From the NCBI GenBank assembly GCA_002245135.1, contig NGBS01000871.1, positions 434,001-498,000 of the forward strand: DNA of 64,000 nucleotides. The letters are read 5' to 3'. A program made the position numbers and the translations under genes. Every line of letters starts with the position of its first letter. Position 1 is the stretch's first letter. The notes under the pieces were generated by a model, which saw only the letters and a program-made list of their open reading frames with translations, was not told where the DNA came from and ran no database searches. Positions 35,587 through 48,300 of this stretch are shown here, in pieces. This DNA comes from Proteromonas lacertae (taxonomy: Eukaryota).

Positions 35587-36792
35587 ATGATATTTTTAAA
35601 ATACCTACTTTTATTAAGTTCAGTGTCGATGATATATATAATTTATATATATTATACAAAAAGCAACAAAAGTCAAGAATATTTTCCCACTTCTAATACG
35701 CTTTCATGGATTCCAATAATGAAAAATATTTATTTAACATCATTTTATTATGATGAAAGATTTATAAGTTTTCGTTTTTTAGGTTATTCCGAAAGTGGAG
35801 TTCATCCAAAACTATCCTGTTCATTCTATCCATCATATTATTCATGCTATGCTAAATACAAAAGTGAACATGATTTTGGAAAAGAATTCTTCTTTCTTTT
35901 AATTCCCTATCCTCCTGATTTATCTATTCCTGATTCGATTTTAATAAACGAAGCTAATATATCATTGAAAGTGATTGAAGAAATGAATGAATCAAACCTT
36001 AAAAAAGAGAATACTGTATTATGTATAACTAAAATGATCAATTATAAATCATCGAATTACTTTTTACAATATATAGAAACATATCGATATTTGGGAATAA
36101 ATAAATTCATAATCTATAAACACAACTGTAGTGAAGAAATTCAAAAAATGTTGAATTATTATAAGAATGAGAATATAATCGAAATAATCGAATGGTTTAA
36201 TGAAAGTGATATTCATCATTTTGGTTTAATTCATTATAGTTATGGTCAACACTGGAAATATAATGATTGTTTTTATCGAAACCAAAATCGAGCTAATAAT
36301 ATACTGTTTAGTGATTTAGATGAGATAGTTTGGCCCTATAAAGATGATTCAATCAATTCAATGTTGATGAATTATGATGGTTATAAAAGTGATATTTATT
36401 ATTTCCAACCTGAACTTCATATTTTAGAATATTTTGATGAATTCGATGCTTATAATCATAATATTAGTGACTTTGATATGTATAGTGATAATTTAGAGAA
36501 AACAATTTGTTTGGTAAACCCAAAGCTTGTTGATAAATACATAATAACCAATCCAAAGATGGTATATTCAGTATTTATTCATTATCCATTTGATAAATCG
36601 AAAATGATTAAAGAATCGTATATTCCTAATGAAGTTGGAGTATTGAGACATATGAGAAGAGCTCCATCAACTATATTGAAGCAATGTGAAATTTTGAAAG
36701 AAAATACACTTCAAAAGAATAAACGTGATAATTTGAGTAGTATCGTATCTCCAAAAGTGAATGTTATTAAAAGATTGATTAATTTGCAGTAG
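35587..36792 (+). CDS. Glycosyltransferase family 92 (DUF23)-like type II membrane protein
   Basis: N-terminal TM; LQYIETYRYLGINKFIIY, GQHWKYNDCFYR, FSDLDEIVWP (DxD), KYII.P....VFIH. Confidence 0.8.
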   Translation: MIFLKYLLLLSSVSMIYIIYIYYTKSNKSQEYFPTSNTLSWIPIMKNIYLTSFYYDERFISFRFLGYSESGVHPKLSCSFYPSYYSCYAKYKSEHDFGKEFFFLLIPYPPDLSIPDSILINEANISLKVIEEMNESNLKKENTVLCITKMINYKSSNYFLQYIETYRYLGINKFIIYKHNCSEEIQKMLNYYKNENIIEIIEWFNESDIHHFGLIHYSYGQHWKYNDCFYRNQNRANNILFSDLDEIVWPYKDDSINSMLMNYDGYKSDIYYFQPELHILEYFDEFDAYNHNISDFDMYSDNLEKTICLVNPKLVDKYIITNPKMVYSVFIHYPFDKSKMIKESYIPNEVGVLRHMRRAPSTILKQCEILKENTLQKNKRDNLSSIVSPKVNVIKRLINLQ

Positions 36793-36889
36793 ATGTTGCG
36801 TTTTATTGTTTTTTAATTGTTGGGTTTATGAAAACATTTTCGTACCACCTTATATTTAAAAGAGTGATATTTCTTGACATAATAAATTG

Positions 36890-38209
36890 ATGTTGAGGTA
36901 TTTGTTCTATTCTAAATATATAGACTAGTACAAGTTGTATTTAGGCATGGTGATAGGTCACCACTTTTAAATCCATTTCTTAACACAAAACTGAGTGATA
37001 TAACTGACAAATATTGGAATTCAGAAGTAACTCTACCATATTATGCTATTTTGCTATATAGATTTTGGATAGTATCACAATTAAAAAAATGAGTGATTAC
37101 TTTCCAGTTATTGGACCTCAAGTAAGTGTTCATAAACCACCTTATGGATGTTTGACAAAAAGAGGATCAGAACAACTTAAAAATCTAGGAATTGCACTTG
37201 TATGTTTGTTTCATATTAATCATTTATATGAAATAGCAAGAGCAATATATATCATCTGGCTTTCTCCAAAATCCACTCTTACCACATCAAATAATTACTA
37301 GTTCAACAGCTCATGTAAGAACACAGCAAAGTGCTCAATTTTTTTTAAGTGGTTTTTTAGATGTTAATCAATATAAATCACAGTATAATATATTAATAAT
37401 ATAATAGTGAATCATGGATGCCAAATATTGAAACAACATCTCAAGAAGGTTCATTTATTCTTCGTATATAATATTAATCATATTTTTATATAGCTGAAAA
37501 TAAAGAAATTTATAGTTATGCAAATGAGAGATTAAAAGAAAAAGATTGGGTCGATCTGTGCAATAAATATGAAAATGTAAGATCAGATATATTGCATTAT
37601 TTACCTGGATTAAAAGAACATCCAACATGGAATTATATATTTGATTATTATTATACATCAAATGCTCATAATTTGAAAATACCTATTGAAGTTGGTATAT
37701 TATATATATGTTATATTGAATAGTAAAGTATAGTAAATTAGTAGAATATATGAGTATGAGTTGGATAAAATGTCTTTATACAAATCCAAAAATATTGAAA
37801 TATTCAACAGATGAATTATTGAAGATTATGTATGCATTTATGAATGCATGTAGAGAGAAAAAAACAGATACGAAAATGATTATATACAGCGGTCATGATA
37901 CTACCATCTTTCATATCTTTTTTTCAATAATCACATTAATTCTTCTATTTTTGTATTTCTTTAATTCTATTTTTTTGTTTACCTCTGCTTATGTGTTTTG
38001 CACCATATCTTAAAGATCACTGGCCTCCTTATGCTTCTTGTATTCAAATTGAATTATATGAAAATGAGAATAATAAATTTTATGTAAAATTATTGTATCA
38101 AGGACAAGTATTATCAATAAGTGATAAATTCACTGATAATATGATTCCTTTAGATTATTTCCCAAGTCTTGGAATAATTGATGAAAACAGCCAGACACCT
38201 ATTTTCTAA
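36890..38209 (+). CDS. Histidine acid phosphatase (branch 2); multi-exon, including one AT-AC intron
   Basis: Spliced N-terminus MLR|LVQVVFRHGDRSP; GCLTKRG; RTQQSA; YSGHDTT; WPPYASCIQIELYE. Confidence 0.9.
37913..37982 (+). other. U12-type (minor spliceosome) AT-AC intron, 70 nt
   Basis: 5' ATATCTTT, branch TTCTTTAAT (37957-37965), 3' ..GTTTAC; removal gives in-frame GHDTTIF-P-LLMCF. Confidence 0.85.
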
Positions 38210-38287
38210 TGTTTCTAACTGTTTATTTGTTATTGTTTCATGAGATATTCTATCATTTAATAATTTTGAAACGAATCTATTTTAGAA

Positions 38288-39812
38288 ATGAATTTATTTT
38301 TCAAAGCATCTAAAACAAATATGTTGAGTATTATACAATTAATTATTTCAATAGGACTAAATAATGCAATAAGAACAATAACTACTCACTCACCATACAG
38401 ATTTGATTATAAATCTCTACTAGAGAATATTGATTATATCAAACAAAATGTTATTAACAGGTATTTGGATTTTAATTCATTAATTCTAGAAAATCTTCAG
38501 GTAATCCAGAGAAAATAAAAGCAGCACATGAAGAATACTTGAAATGCATAGCGAATGAAGAAAAGTATCGTAAAGAAAGAAATCAGATCTCAAAAGCTTT
38601 TGCTTCAACAGAAGTATATAATTTTTATTAATTTATGAAATGAATAGGATGAAAATGAGATAAATGAATTAAAAAGAAGAGGAACAGAAATTAAAAACAA
38701 AGTAGTTTTAGCAGAAATAGAAACAAGAGAATGTGAAGAGAAGTTAATCAAATTATGTAGTGAATTACCAAACAACACATCTCCTGAAACACCAATAGGT
38801 GATTATGATAAAGCAGAGATAATTAAAGAAAAGCAAAAACCAGAATTCAATTTCAAACCAAAAACATATAAAGAATTGGGAAAGAAATTGAATTTATTTG
38901 ATATAATGAAAGGATCAACTTTAGCTGGTACAAAATTTACTGTTTTTCAAAATGTATATAAGAATAATCGTATTTATTATTTATTTATTAGGAGTTATGT
39001 AGTTTAGAATTAGCTTTATTACAATATGCTCTTAATTTTTACACAGAGAATGGATTTATATCTCATTCAGTTCCAGATATGTGTTATAATTCAATAATTG
39101 AAGCTTGTGGATTTCAACCAAGAGGAGAAAGTTCACAAATATATTCAATTAATAACAGTGAAATGAGTTTAATAGCAACAGCGGAAATACCATTAGTTGG
39201 AATGAATAAACAGAAGATATTTAATTATAATAAATTACCTTACAAAATGTGTGGAATAAGTCATTGTTTTAGAAGAGAAGCTGGTGCTCATGGTGAAAAA
39301 GCAGGTGGTTTATATCGTCTTCATCAATTCTCTAAATTAGAATTAGTTGAAATATGTAGAGAAGATGAAAGTGAGAATAATTTTAAAGAATTAATTGCTT
39401 TACAAATGAAGTTTTTAGATAGTTTAGGAATAAGTTATAGAGTATTAAATATGCCTACCGAAGAATTAGGAAGTTCTGCTTATAAAAAATATGATATAGA
39501 AGTATATATATATTTTTTTATTTATTTTTTTTTATGTAGGCATATTTTCCAGCATCTAAAATGTATGGTGAAATATCAAGTAGTTCATTATGTACTGATT
39601 ATCAAAGTAGAAGATTAACTATCAAATATAGAGATGAAGAAAGAGCAATTCATTACGCTCATACATTAAATGGTACTGGAATTGCTATCCCAAGAGTATT
39701 AATAACATTATTAGAAACTTATCAAACAGAAAATATGACTATTAAAATACCAAAAGTTTTGCAGAGTTATATGAATAATAAAGAAGAAATAATGAATAAA
39801 AAACAAGAATAA
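38288..39812 (+). CDS. SARS2: Seryl-tRNA synthetase, probably mitochondrial/MRO; 6 exons
   Basis: LPN, LIATAEIPL, CFRREAG..GLYRLHQFSKLE, AYKKYDIE, YGEISS.S.CTDYQSRRL, HTLNGTGIAIPR; basic, acid-free N-terminus. Confidence 0.92.
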
Positions 39813-40034
39813 AAATAATAATCAGTTTAAAGTATTTTGTATCATTTGATTTTTGTTTTTATTCTTCAATTCTATTATTAATTTTTCATTTGATAGTGTT
39901 GTAGATTTAGCTTAACCTACTTTATTATTATTTACATGAACTAATAACATATGAGATTTTCATATAATAAATAAGCATTAGTGAGTATTTATAAAACAAA
40001 TAACATAATCAATATAAATTTATTCTATATTTAT

Positions 40035-41174
40035 CAGGGTTGTATAAATAGGTAACCTATAGGTTATAGGTAAAACCTATAATCTATCTTTGACCTTCGG
40101 TCAGTCAAACCTCGAGCATTATTTTGTTAAAATCTATTTTAATTACTTACTGAGTAACATTTGTTTAATACAAACTATCATACTATATAAAATATTATTC
40201 CTGCTTCTTGTTTTACTTTAATTACCATAGTTAGAATAAGATTGGTTGAAATTGTATAAATATCTATACTAATATATTAAAATTCATCTACAAACTACTC
40301 AATAGTGATATTTAACATATTTATAAACAACTTGTTATTTTGATGATTAATTTATATTGATTACTATCTCTAAAATACAAATATAAATGTAATTATAATA
40401 ATAAATATCTATTTCTGGATATTAATGATTTGTCTTCAATAAGTCTCTTACTTTCTCAGTTTCTGAAAATAAATAAGCATTATAAAACTCTCTTAGAGGT
40501 ATAATATATCCTAGTTTGAAGCAAAACCTTCTAAATTCTGGTGAGTCTAATATTGTGGTACTGACTGCATTGAAGGTTATTAATTTACATAGATCTTTGT
40601 TGACAGAATCTGAATTGACTTTGGCTTTTACCATATGTAATAATCTGAATATTTTATTTTAATCACGTTTTCTAATACATTTTGAAGTAGTTAAAATGTT
40701 ACTTCTCTAACATACAACAATTGAATAAATGCACAACTCTTTTGATGCGATAGGGGGTAATGTGATATCCCTATAGTTTCATATATTATAAAGTCTTATA
40801 AATATTGAGTAATTATACATCTAAATGATCTAAATCTTAAAAAATAAAGATTTACTTAGTCAAACCATCAAGCTTGATGTTTTTTTCTTTTATTATTTTT
40901 ATTCTATAATTAATTTAATATTATGTTAATAATATGTTATTGTGAGTCATCATTGAGAAATAGATCAAAATAATAGTAATATAAAAAGTGCATCGACTGA
41001 AGGTCAAATTTGATATTTGAAAGATGATGTATAAAACATTAATTTTGTATATATGGTTAGATGATATGCTTCTTAACTCATGTTCAATAGGAGGTCAACT
41101 AATAGTTAGTATAAGGAAGGTAAAGGTCAAGCTATATAGGTTTTGACCTATAGGTAAACCTATATTCTTTGACC
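40035..41174 (-). mobile_element. Degenerate hAT-like DNA transposon relic
   Basis: CAGGG left end. Both ends carry the ACCTATAGGT palindrome (40055-40064, 41146-41155) and inverted TTGACCTT/AAGGTCAA subterminal motifs. Internal fragment 40422-40634 (LCKLITFNAVSTTILDSPEFRRFCFKLGYIIPLR) resembles the N-terminal region of hAT transposases. No TSD found. Confidence 0.6.
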
Positions 41175-42239
41175 GAAAAATACAACACTGATATTTTTAT
41201 TAAAATCATCTTTCATATTATTCATTAATAACGCTACTTTGGATGTAAGTATTGGATTTTTATTCAAAATTCTTGATGATATTGAACAACACGCACTTTT
41301 CAATGTATTAATTTCTGATAATTGTTGTAGTTGTTGTGAGAGTGGTGGATGATATTGTTGTTGTGGTAAAGGTAGTGGTGGTTGGAAAGGTTGTAAAGGA
41401 AAATTAATTCCTTTTTTCCATAGTTCAATTATATAAATTATTCCATCCAAACTAATACGTTTGATTGGATTTCTTTTCAACATTTCCTTTATTAGATATT
41501 CTACTACGGGTACAGATGGATTTCGTTTGAATACTATTTGATATTTTGGATTTAATATCAAATCTCTAATTTCAATTTTTGATTCACCAATATAAGCCTT
41601 TTGAAATGTATATATCTCATACAAAACACAACCAAATGAGAATATATCTGTTGATGGTGTGTAAACTGGAGGAATACTAACCCACAGCTCTGGAGCGATA
41701 TATTCTGCTGTACCTTTAAGTATTACTCCTTTATCCTCTTTATAGCAATGTTAAAACCACTAATTATTAATTCGTTATGATTTCCTATAAAAATATGAGA
41801 AGGTTTTACATTTCTGTGAATTATTCCTCTACTATGAATATATTTCAATGCATTCACTATATCCACTATATAACAGATCATAGTCTATTTTTATAATTTA
41901 ATTATAAAATTATACATTTTCATCAAAATATACTCCCTTTTCTGATTGTTTTTGTATTAAATGCTGTAAATCTCCATTTTCATGATATTGAGCATAGATA
42001 TAGTGCTTATTTTGCTGTTGTACATAATTACTGCCTAAAAATACTAATACACTTCTATCTTTCAAACTGCTTAACAGTCTTATTTCTTCATTTATATTAT
42101 TTATTTCTTCTACAGAAAGTTTGGAAACATCTCTCTCTTTTCTGGCCATTTTAACACCTTTTTTATTTACTAACTTCACTACACTGTGTTTTCCCTTTCC
42201 AATTTCCTTTATCTCTATTTCATTGTTGTTAAAATTCAT
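41160..42239 (-). pseudogene. NEK-like protein kinase pseudogene, 3' end abutting the transposon relic
   Basis: IGKGKHSVV, ARKE, GDL, IIHRNVKPSHI, GTAEYIAPELW, DIFSFG. The motifs lie in different frames between ~41870 and ~41730 with no splice sites to rescue them; catalytic HRD is HRN. Confidence 0.75.
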
Positions 42240-42374
42240 TATGTAATTCGAGCTTATTGATTTTATTTACATGCTATAAAAGAGAAAATGGTTTGATCAT
42301 TTATAAAAAAACATTTGTAATTTAAAATGTGCAATTTATATTAATATTATAATGAAGTAAATTATTCATTTAGA

Positions 42375-45300
42375 TTAATTAATATCCTTCTCAACTCTCA
42401 CTCCTTCAGAGTTTTGATCTTTATTTGCATCTTTTCCAGTTTCTTCAAACGTCTTATACATTGATTTAGGTGGTGAAGAAAGGGTTCTTTCTCTCTTCAT
42501 GCTTCTACAACATACAAATGATAATACAACAATTAAAACTAATGCAACTAATCCTCCAATTACACCACCAACTATTGCACCAGTATTGGATTTTGGTTTT
42601 TCTCTATTATCAACTACTTTAATATCCATAGTAATTTCACTATTTGCGAAGATAGGTTTATTCTTCATTTCATAAATAATATGATTCTTTACTAATTCAT
42701 TTTCTAATACTGAACCTATTCTACTTGGATAATTGGTTTTTATGTAAATATCAATTTGAGAATTAGATTGTAATAATCTCATTCTTCTTCTTCTAGTAGC
42801 TATTCTAATATAAATCTGACTAATTTCAATATTTAATGTATCAGCAATTGATTGTTGAATTGATAATTGAATATCACTTGTTATAGAACTTGATATTCCT
42901 CTTATTTCAAAATTCATTACTACATATTGTTCAAAGTCAGTCTCAGGATTTACTTTACCATTTGTACATTGATTCTTATCAATATCATTTGACCAAACAG
43001 CTTCACCAGTATCTGCTTTTAAACATTTTCTAAACATTACACCATGTACAGTATCAGTACAAGTCTTTGAAGCATATTTATTAATATCAGTAGTTGGCCA
43101 ACCAGATTCAGACTTACATTGAGCATCAGTTACACTTATTAATAAATCTACTTTATTTGAATTACCATACTCATTGATTGCATATACTTGACATTTAGCA
43201 GTAAACATAAATTGTGGATTTCCTGAAAACACTCCATTAGTTGTATCAAACTTAAAACCATAATTTAAGACATTATAATCACAACTTAATACAAATGATA
43301 GTGGATTGTTTTGTATATTAATTGGTTTAATATTTTGGATAGTTGCATAAATAACAAATGAATAAACATTTTGAGGATATTCAAATGATGGAGTTTTAGA
43401 TATACATTCACCAATTATTGTATTTGACCAACTTCCTGTTTTACTAGCAGGACAGAATCTAATTGGACTTCCTATAGATCCATGTGGACAAACACCAGTT
43501 GCATTTTCATTACCATTTGTTGTTGGCCAGATAATTTCTCTATAAGTTTCACTCTTACATTGACTTTGAACTATTCTTATTGTTATAATTGCTGTTAAAT
43601 TTGATCTTTCCACTTCACCGTACACCGTGTATCTTGTTGTAGCTATTTCAGTTCCCTTCAACACTTTTCCATATATTTTACCATCATTTCCTATATTCAA
43701 ACCATCTAATAAAGCTGGAACAATATAAAACTTCTTTATAACACCATCTTTCTGTGGAGCATCATATGAATTATCTTCTACGTCTATATAGAATATCATA
43801 TCAGGATAATCATATGTCATGTATGTTGCAAAATCAGAAGTCACTGTTATATAAACTGTAAATGAATATACTTCACCATCTAAACCAAATCCAGTTATAA
43901 TATATGTTTCTTTACTTTGAGATCCAGTTGGAGTTCCAGAAATTGTTCCATCTTTCTTATTGAAATTCATTCCATTTGGTAATTGAGGAGATATTTCTAA
44001 ATCAATTTCATTGTTCATATCAACTAATTCTGGTTTATTAATTGGACTTTCTTCTCCTAATGCAATTACCATATCAACAGATAAATATTCAATTTTTGGA
44101 TTTATTTTAATACACTGACTCTTGTCTATTTCACCAAAATAAACTTGATCATTACCTGTTAATATACACAATCTAGTTCTACTTCCTATATAACCTTTCT
44201 CACATTCAATTGTAGCATTTTTACCACCTTCAGTCTTTGGCCAAACACCACTTTCATCTTGACAATAGAATTTTCTTTTAACACAATTATTAACTATATC
44301 ACCCCATTCAGGATTAACTGATTTTGGACATAAACGAGTGATATTTCCTTCATAATTTGGTGGGCATTCACTTACTACTTCAACACCAGCATTTGTTTCT
44401 TTATAATCTCCATCTGCTTTACATTTTGGTTGAATTACTTCTATTATTAATGGACTACTAAATACCTCTTTTTCTCCACCATTTTTACCTTTCACTACAT
44501 ACATTTTACTACTTTCATCACTTCCAGCTAATACTGTTCCAGATATCTTTCCATTACTTGAATCTAATTTCAAATCTTTAGGTAATTCAGGAGAGACCGA
44601 TTCTAATGTTATGGAAGTATCTTTTAATTCAGCAGCTGTAGTTTCATTGTAAATATCAACATAGAATGTCCAATGATGGAAATCATAAACTATATTTGCT
44701 CTATCTTCAATTACTATTAATATAAATACAAAAGTATTATCACCAGCAGCATTTTCAATAGTAATTATTATTTCTAAACCACTTTCATCTGTTGATTTTT
44801 TAATTACTCCACTTATTATTCCACTATCTTTATCAATAAATAAATCATTTGGTAAAAAATCAGCTCTAACTTGATATTTAATTCCAGTGATTTTGGGGAT
44901 TAAATACACATCATCTTCTACATGATATGTAATAATGTCAAATGGATAAGAAATAGTTGGTGGATTTAATGCACAATCACTTGCATCAACGTCTCCCCAT
45001 GTTGGATTAAATGGATCAGTTCCATTACAATATATTGTTTTTATTCCATTATAACCAAATTCACAACTGATAGATGCATATTTATCAATTTCAGTCTTTG
45101 GCCAAACACCATTCTCATCTACACAATAAGCTTTTCGAACATCTACAGTCACATTGGCAGTTAAATAATTATCACCAACTACACCATATACTGTACATTT
45201 TGTCTCTTTTACATCAAATTCACTATCAGATTTACCATATATTCTTCCATACTTTGCATCAAACATTATTCCATGAGGTAAAATACAATCGATTGAATAA

Positions 45301-48300
45301 CGATCAACTCCTCCATGTGCAATTACACTGTAACTATTATAGCGATTTAAAAAGAATACTAATTCAGGATATTCAATCTTTGTAGCAGCTTCTTTACACA
45401 TATCATTTATTTCACCAAATACACCAACACCATCTACTTCGCCACATTCTCTTTCTTTAAAACCATATTCACCTCTATCACAAGATACATATATCTTATT
45501 TCCACTGATTGTTGTTTGCCACATATCTCCTTTTTCATATTTTTCATAACACAACACTGATCTACAATGTAAACTTAAAAATTCACTTGTTGCTATAGCA
45601 TAAGATGGACCATAGCTTGTAGTCTTGATCTTAGTTACTTCCATTCTATAACCTTCAAATGATTTATCATTCTTTAGTGTTTTGAGGAAATTATATGTAA
45701 ACTTTTCATAAGATAAAGCACTATCATCATATTCACCAATATTTATCCATTCAGGAGTGTCACTATCATAAGTCCCATATATTGAGAATATTGAGGGAGT
45801 TCTCTCTTTCAATTCATTTGTCACAAATAAAAATTCATTGAAATATTCAGCAATTCCACTTGGCCAATAGAAATCTAAATATTCTTTGAAATTTTCTGAT
45901 AGTTGAGTAGTAATAAACTCAGTTTTGTTGTTATAATCATTTATATATGATAAATCACTTTTAGAATCAACACCTGCACTACTTACAACTCTCATTGTTG
46001 GATCAACTTTAGATGACAACGTTTTAACTACACAATTATCTTCACCATTTAAGAGAGGAGTTAATAATACAGTTAATGGATCAAATTCATCACTTTCATC
46101 ATGTTTATGAACTTCAAATGCTAATATATTATCACCATGAACTATTAGACGAGGAGCAATGGCTATTGTCATTGTACGAGTTGTGTCAAATATCTTTGTT
46201 GCTGGATAATCATTATATACATCACTCATTGGTAAATTTCTACGATAAAACTCAATTCCATTTAAAAAACAAATAATACCAGCATCAAATGATACAACCA
46301 TTTGTAAAGAAGTGATATTTTCCACTGATGAATTAAAGTTAAAACTAGCTCGATAATTAGTTGTTATTTTTGTTCTTAATGGAAATTCTGATGCTATAGA
46401 TTCAGTCCATCCTTTTGGAGTTGGATAAATATATTCATTATTCCAACCACTTACTGGTTGATTACTTGTTAATTGCCATTTCGTTCTACCATCAATAAAT
46501 GTTGATAATATTACTGTATATTCATCTAATTCTATATCGTTAGTGTGTTTCAATGTCTTTATCAATTTACCACTGTAATATATTTCTACCTTTGAATTAT
46601 GATCCCAAGGTTTTGAATCAGTACTTCCAAATCTAATTGTTAAAGATTCCATAGAATCACAATATGTAAGCGCCTTATAATAATTATCAGGTAAACGCTT
46701 ATATGATAATAATACTTCAGTTCCATCCTTCAAAGCTTCAATTATTACATTATCTCCTTTACCATTTACACTAACTGTAATACCAATCATTGATAATAAA
46801 CATTCTTGTCTTTCGATTGTAAAAGAATAAACAGAACTACTTTGACCATTGTTTATAGTTGAACTTGATACTGAAAACTTTACAGAATCATTTAATGAAC
46901 TGAACTTTCCAGTTATTATTCCAGTATTTGTATCTAATGTAAATCCAGAAGGCATATCACCAACTGACTTGAAATTTGAACTACCACCTTCTAATTCTGG
47001 ATAAAATGAATAATCAATTCCACTATAATGATTATCATAAGAACTTTCATAATTCAATATTTCGGGTTTAGTAATTGTAGTATCAAATTCAAATTCTTTT
47101 ACTAAATCCTTGTTATTTCTGAAGTTGTATATCTTCACAATTTCACCATTTACATACAATGTATAATTCAATCCAATTTTTGCTTTATTATCAATTGATA
47201 ACTTAGTTGGACCTTTTGTTACGCACTGTAAAAATGTCTTAAGTTTAAATTCTTCCATTGTTCCACTTTCCTCATTCAATAATACATTATTATCTACATC
47301 CGTCAATTTTATTGAGACTTCATTATTTCCAACTGTATATTCCAATAATATACTAATTTTACTCTCTTCACATCCACTAATCTCAAAGTTTACTTCAGTG
47401 GAAGTTGTTCCAGATGGATTTGTACAATAAACTGTTATGATATCAGAATATGACATAACTGGCATTCCACTTATTATACCACTTTTTAAATCTAATTTCA
47501 AACCTTTAGGTAGTTGATCTTTTGTGTAAAACCTTAGATTTTCACCATTTTCTATTGTAGGTTCAACTTTTATTTCTTCATTCATATTACCATTTATAGT
47601 GTCATAATGTAAATTTCTTGGTGGAGCATATTCATCAACTGCAATTTCTATAGTGCAAGATAATTCACTTCCATCATTTCCTTTAGCTTTAATTGTATAA
47701 GATGCTAAGCTTATTGGTTGAGTTGGAGTTCCACTTATAACACCACTTGTTTCGTCTAAAAATAAGCCTGTTGGTAATGCTGATCCACATGAAAATGATT
47801 TATAATTCTCTTTATCAATTAAGTAAAATACAGGTTCATTTTGAGCTATTTCAAGTGTAGAAATATAAGCAGCTTTAATGTATTTATATGATATAGAAAA
47901 GTGAGGTTTGTAATATAAATTTTCTTTTGATATTTCTTGTAATGGAATTCTTATATTTCCTCTATTTTTCATCCATTTTATACTAACTGAAGTGATATCA
48001 CTATTTGTAGTTTTCCAATAATATATCAAAATATGTTCTAAACCTTCATTTATATTTAATGTATCAGAAACTGTATTCAAACCACATTTTGATGTAGAAA
48101 TACTTTTCCCACTTATAATAAAACTAACTCCATCTTGACCACTTACATAGAAAGTGTATTTACCACTTTCAGGGATGTATAAATAACCTTCCCATTTAGC
48201 AATAAATTGACTTGAAAATGCACCAGTTAAACCTTCCCAAATCAAATTAGATGGAGAATGATAATATGTTTTAACTATTCTTTGATAAGTTAAAGAATAT

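Noticed and set aside
36793..36891. ATG immediately after the GT92 stop with a signal-peptide-like run, suggesting a zero-gap start for the phosphatase
   Set aside because: That frame stops at TGA 36888-36890 with no clear intron; ATG 36890 plus one GT-AG intron gives MLRLVQVVFRHG.
40035..40110. Short repeated ATAGGT/ACCTAT units resembling a telomeric or CRISPR-like array
   Set aside because: Irregular and spacer-less, mirrored 1.1 kb away; better explained as transposon subterminal repeats in a eukaryote.
41160..41200. ISVVFFGQ at the kinase end looks like the start of a truncated Walker A (kinase-NTPase fusion)
   Set aside because: The GGTCAAAG encoding GQ matches the transposon subterminal motif, so the resemblance may be accidental.
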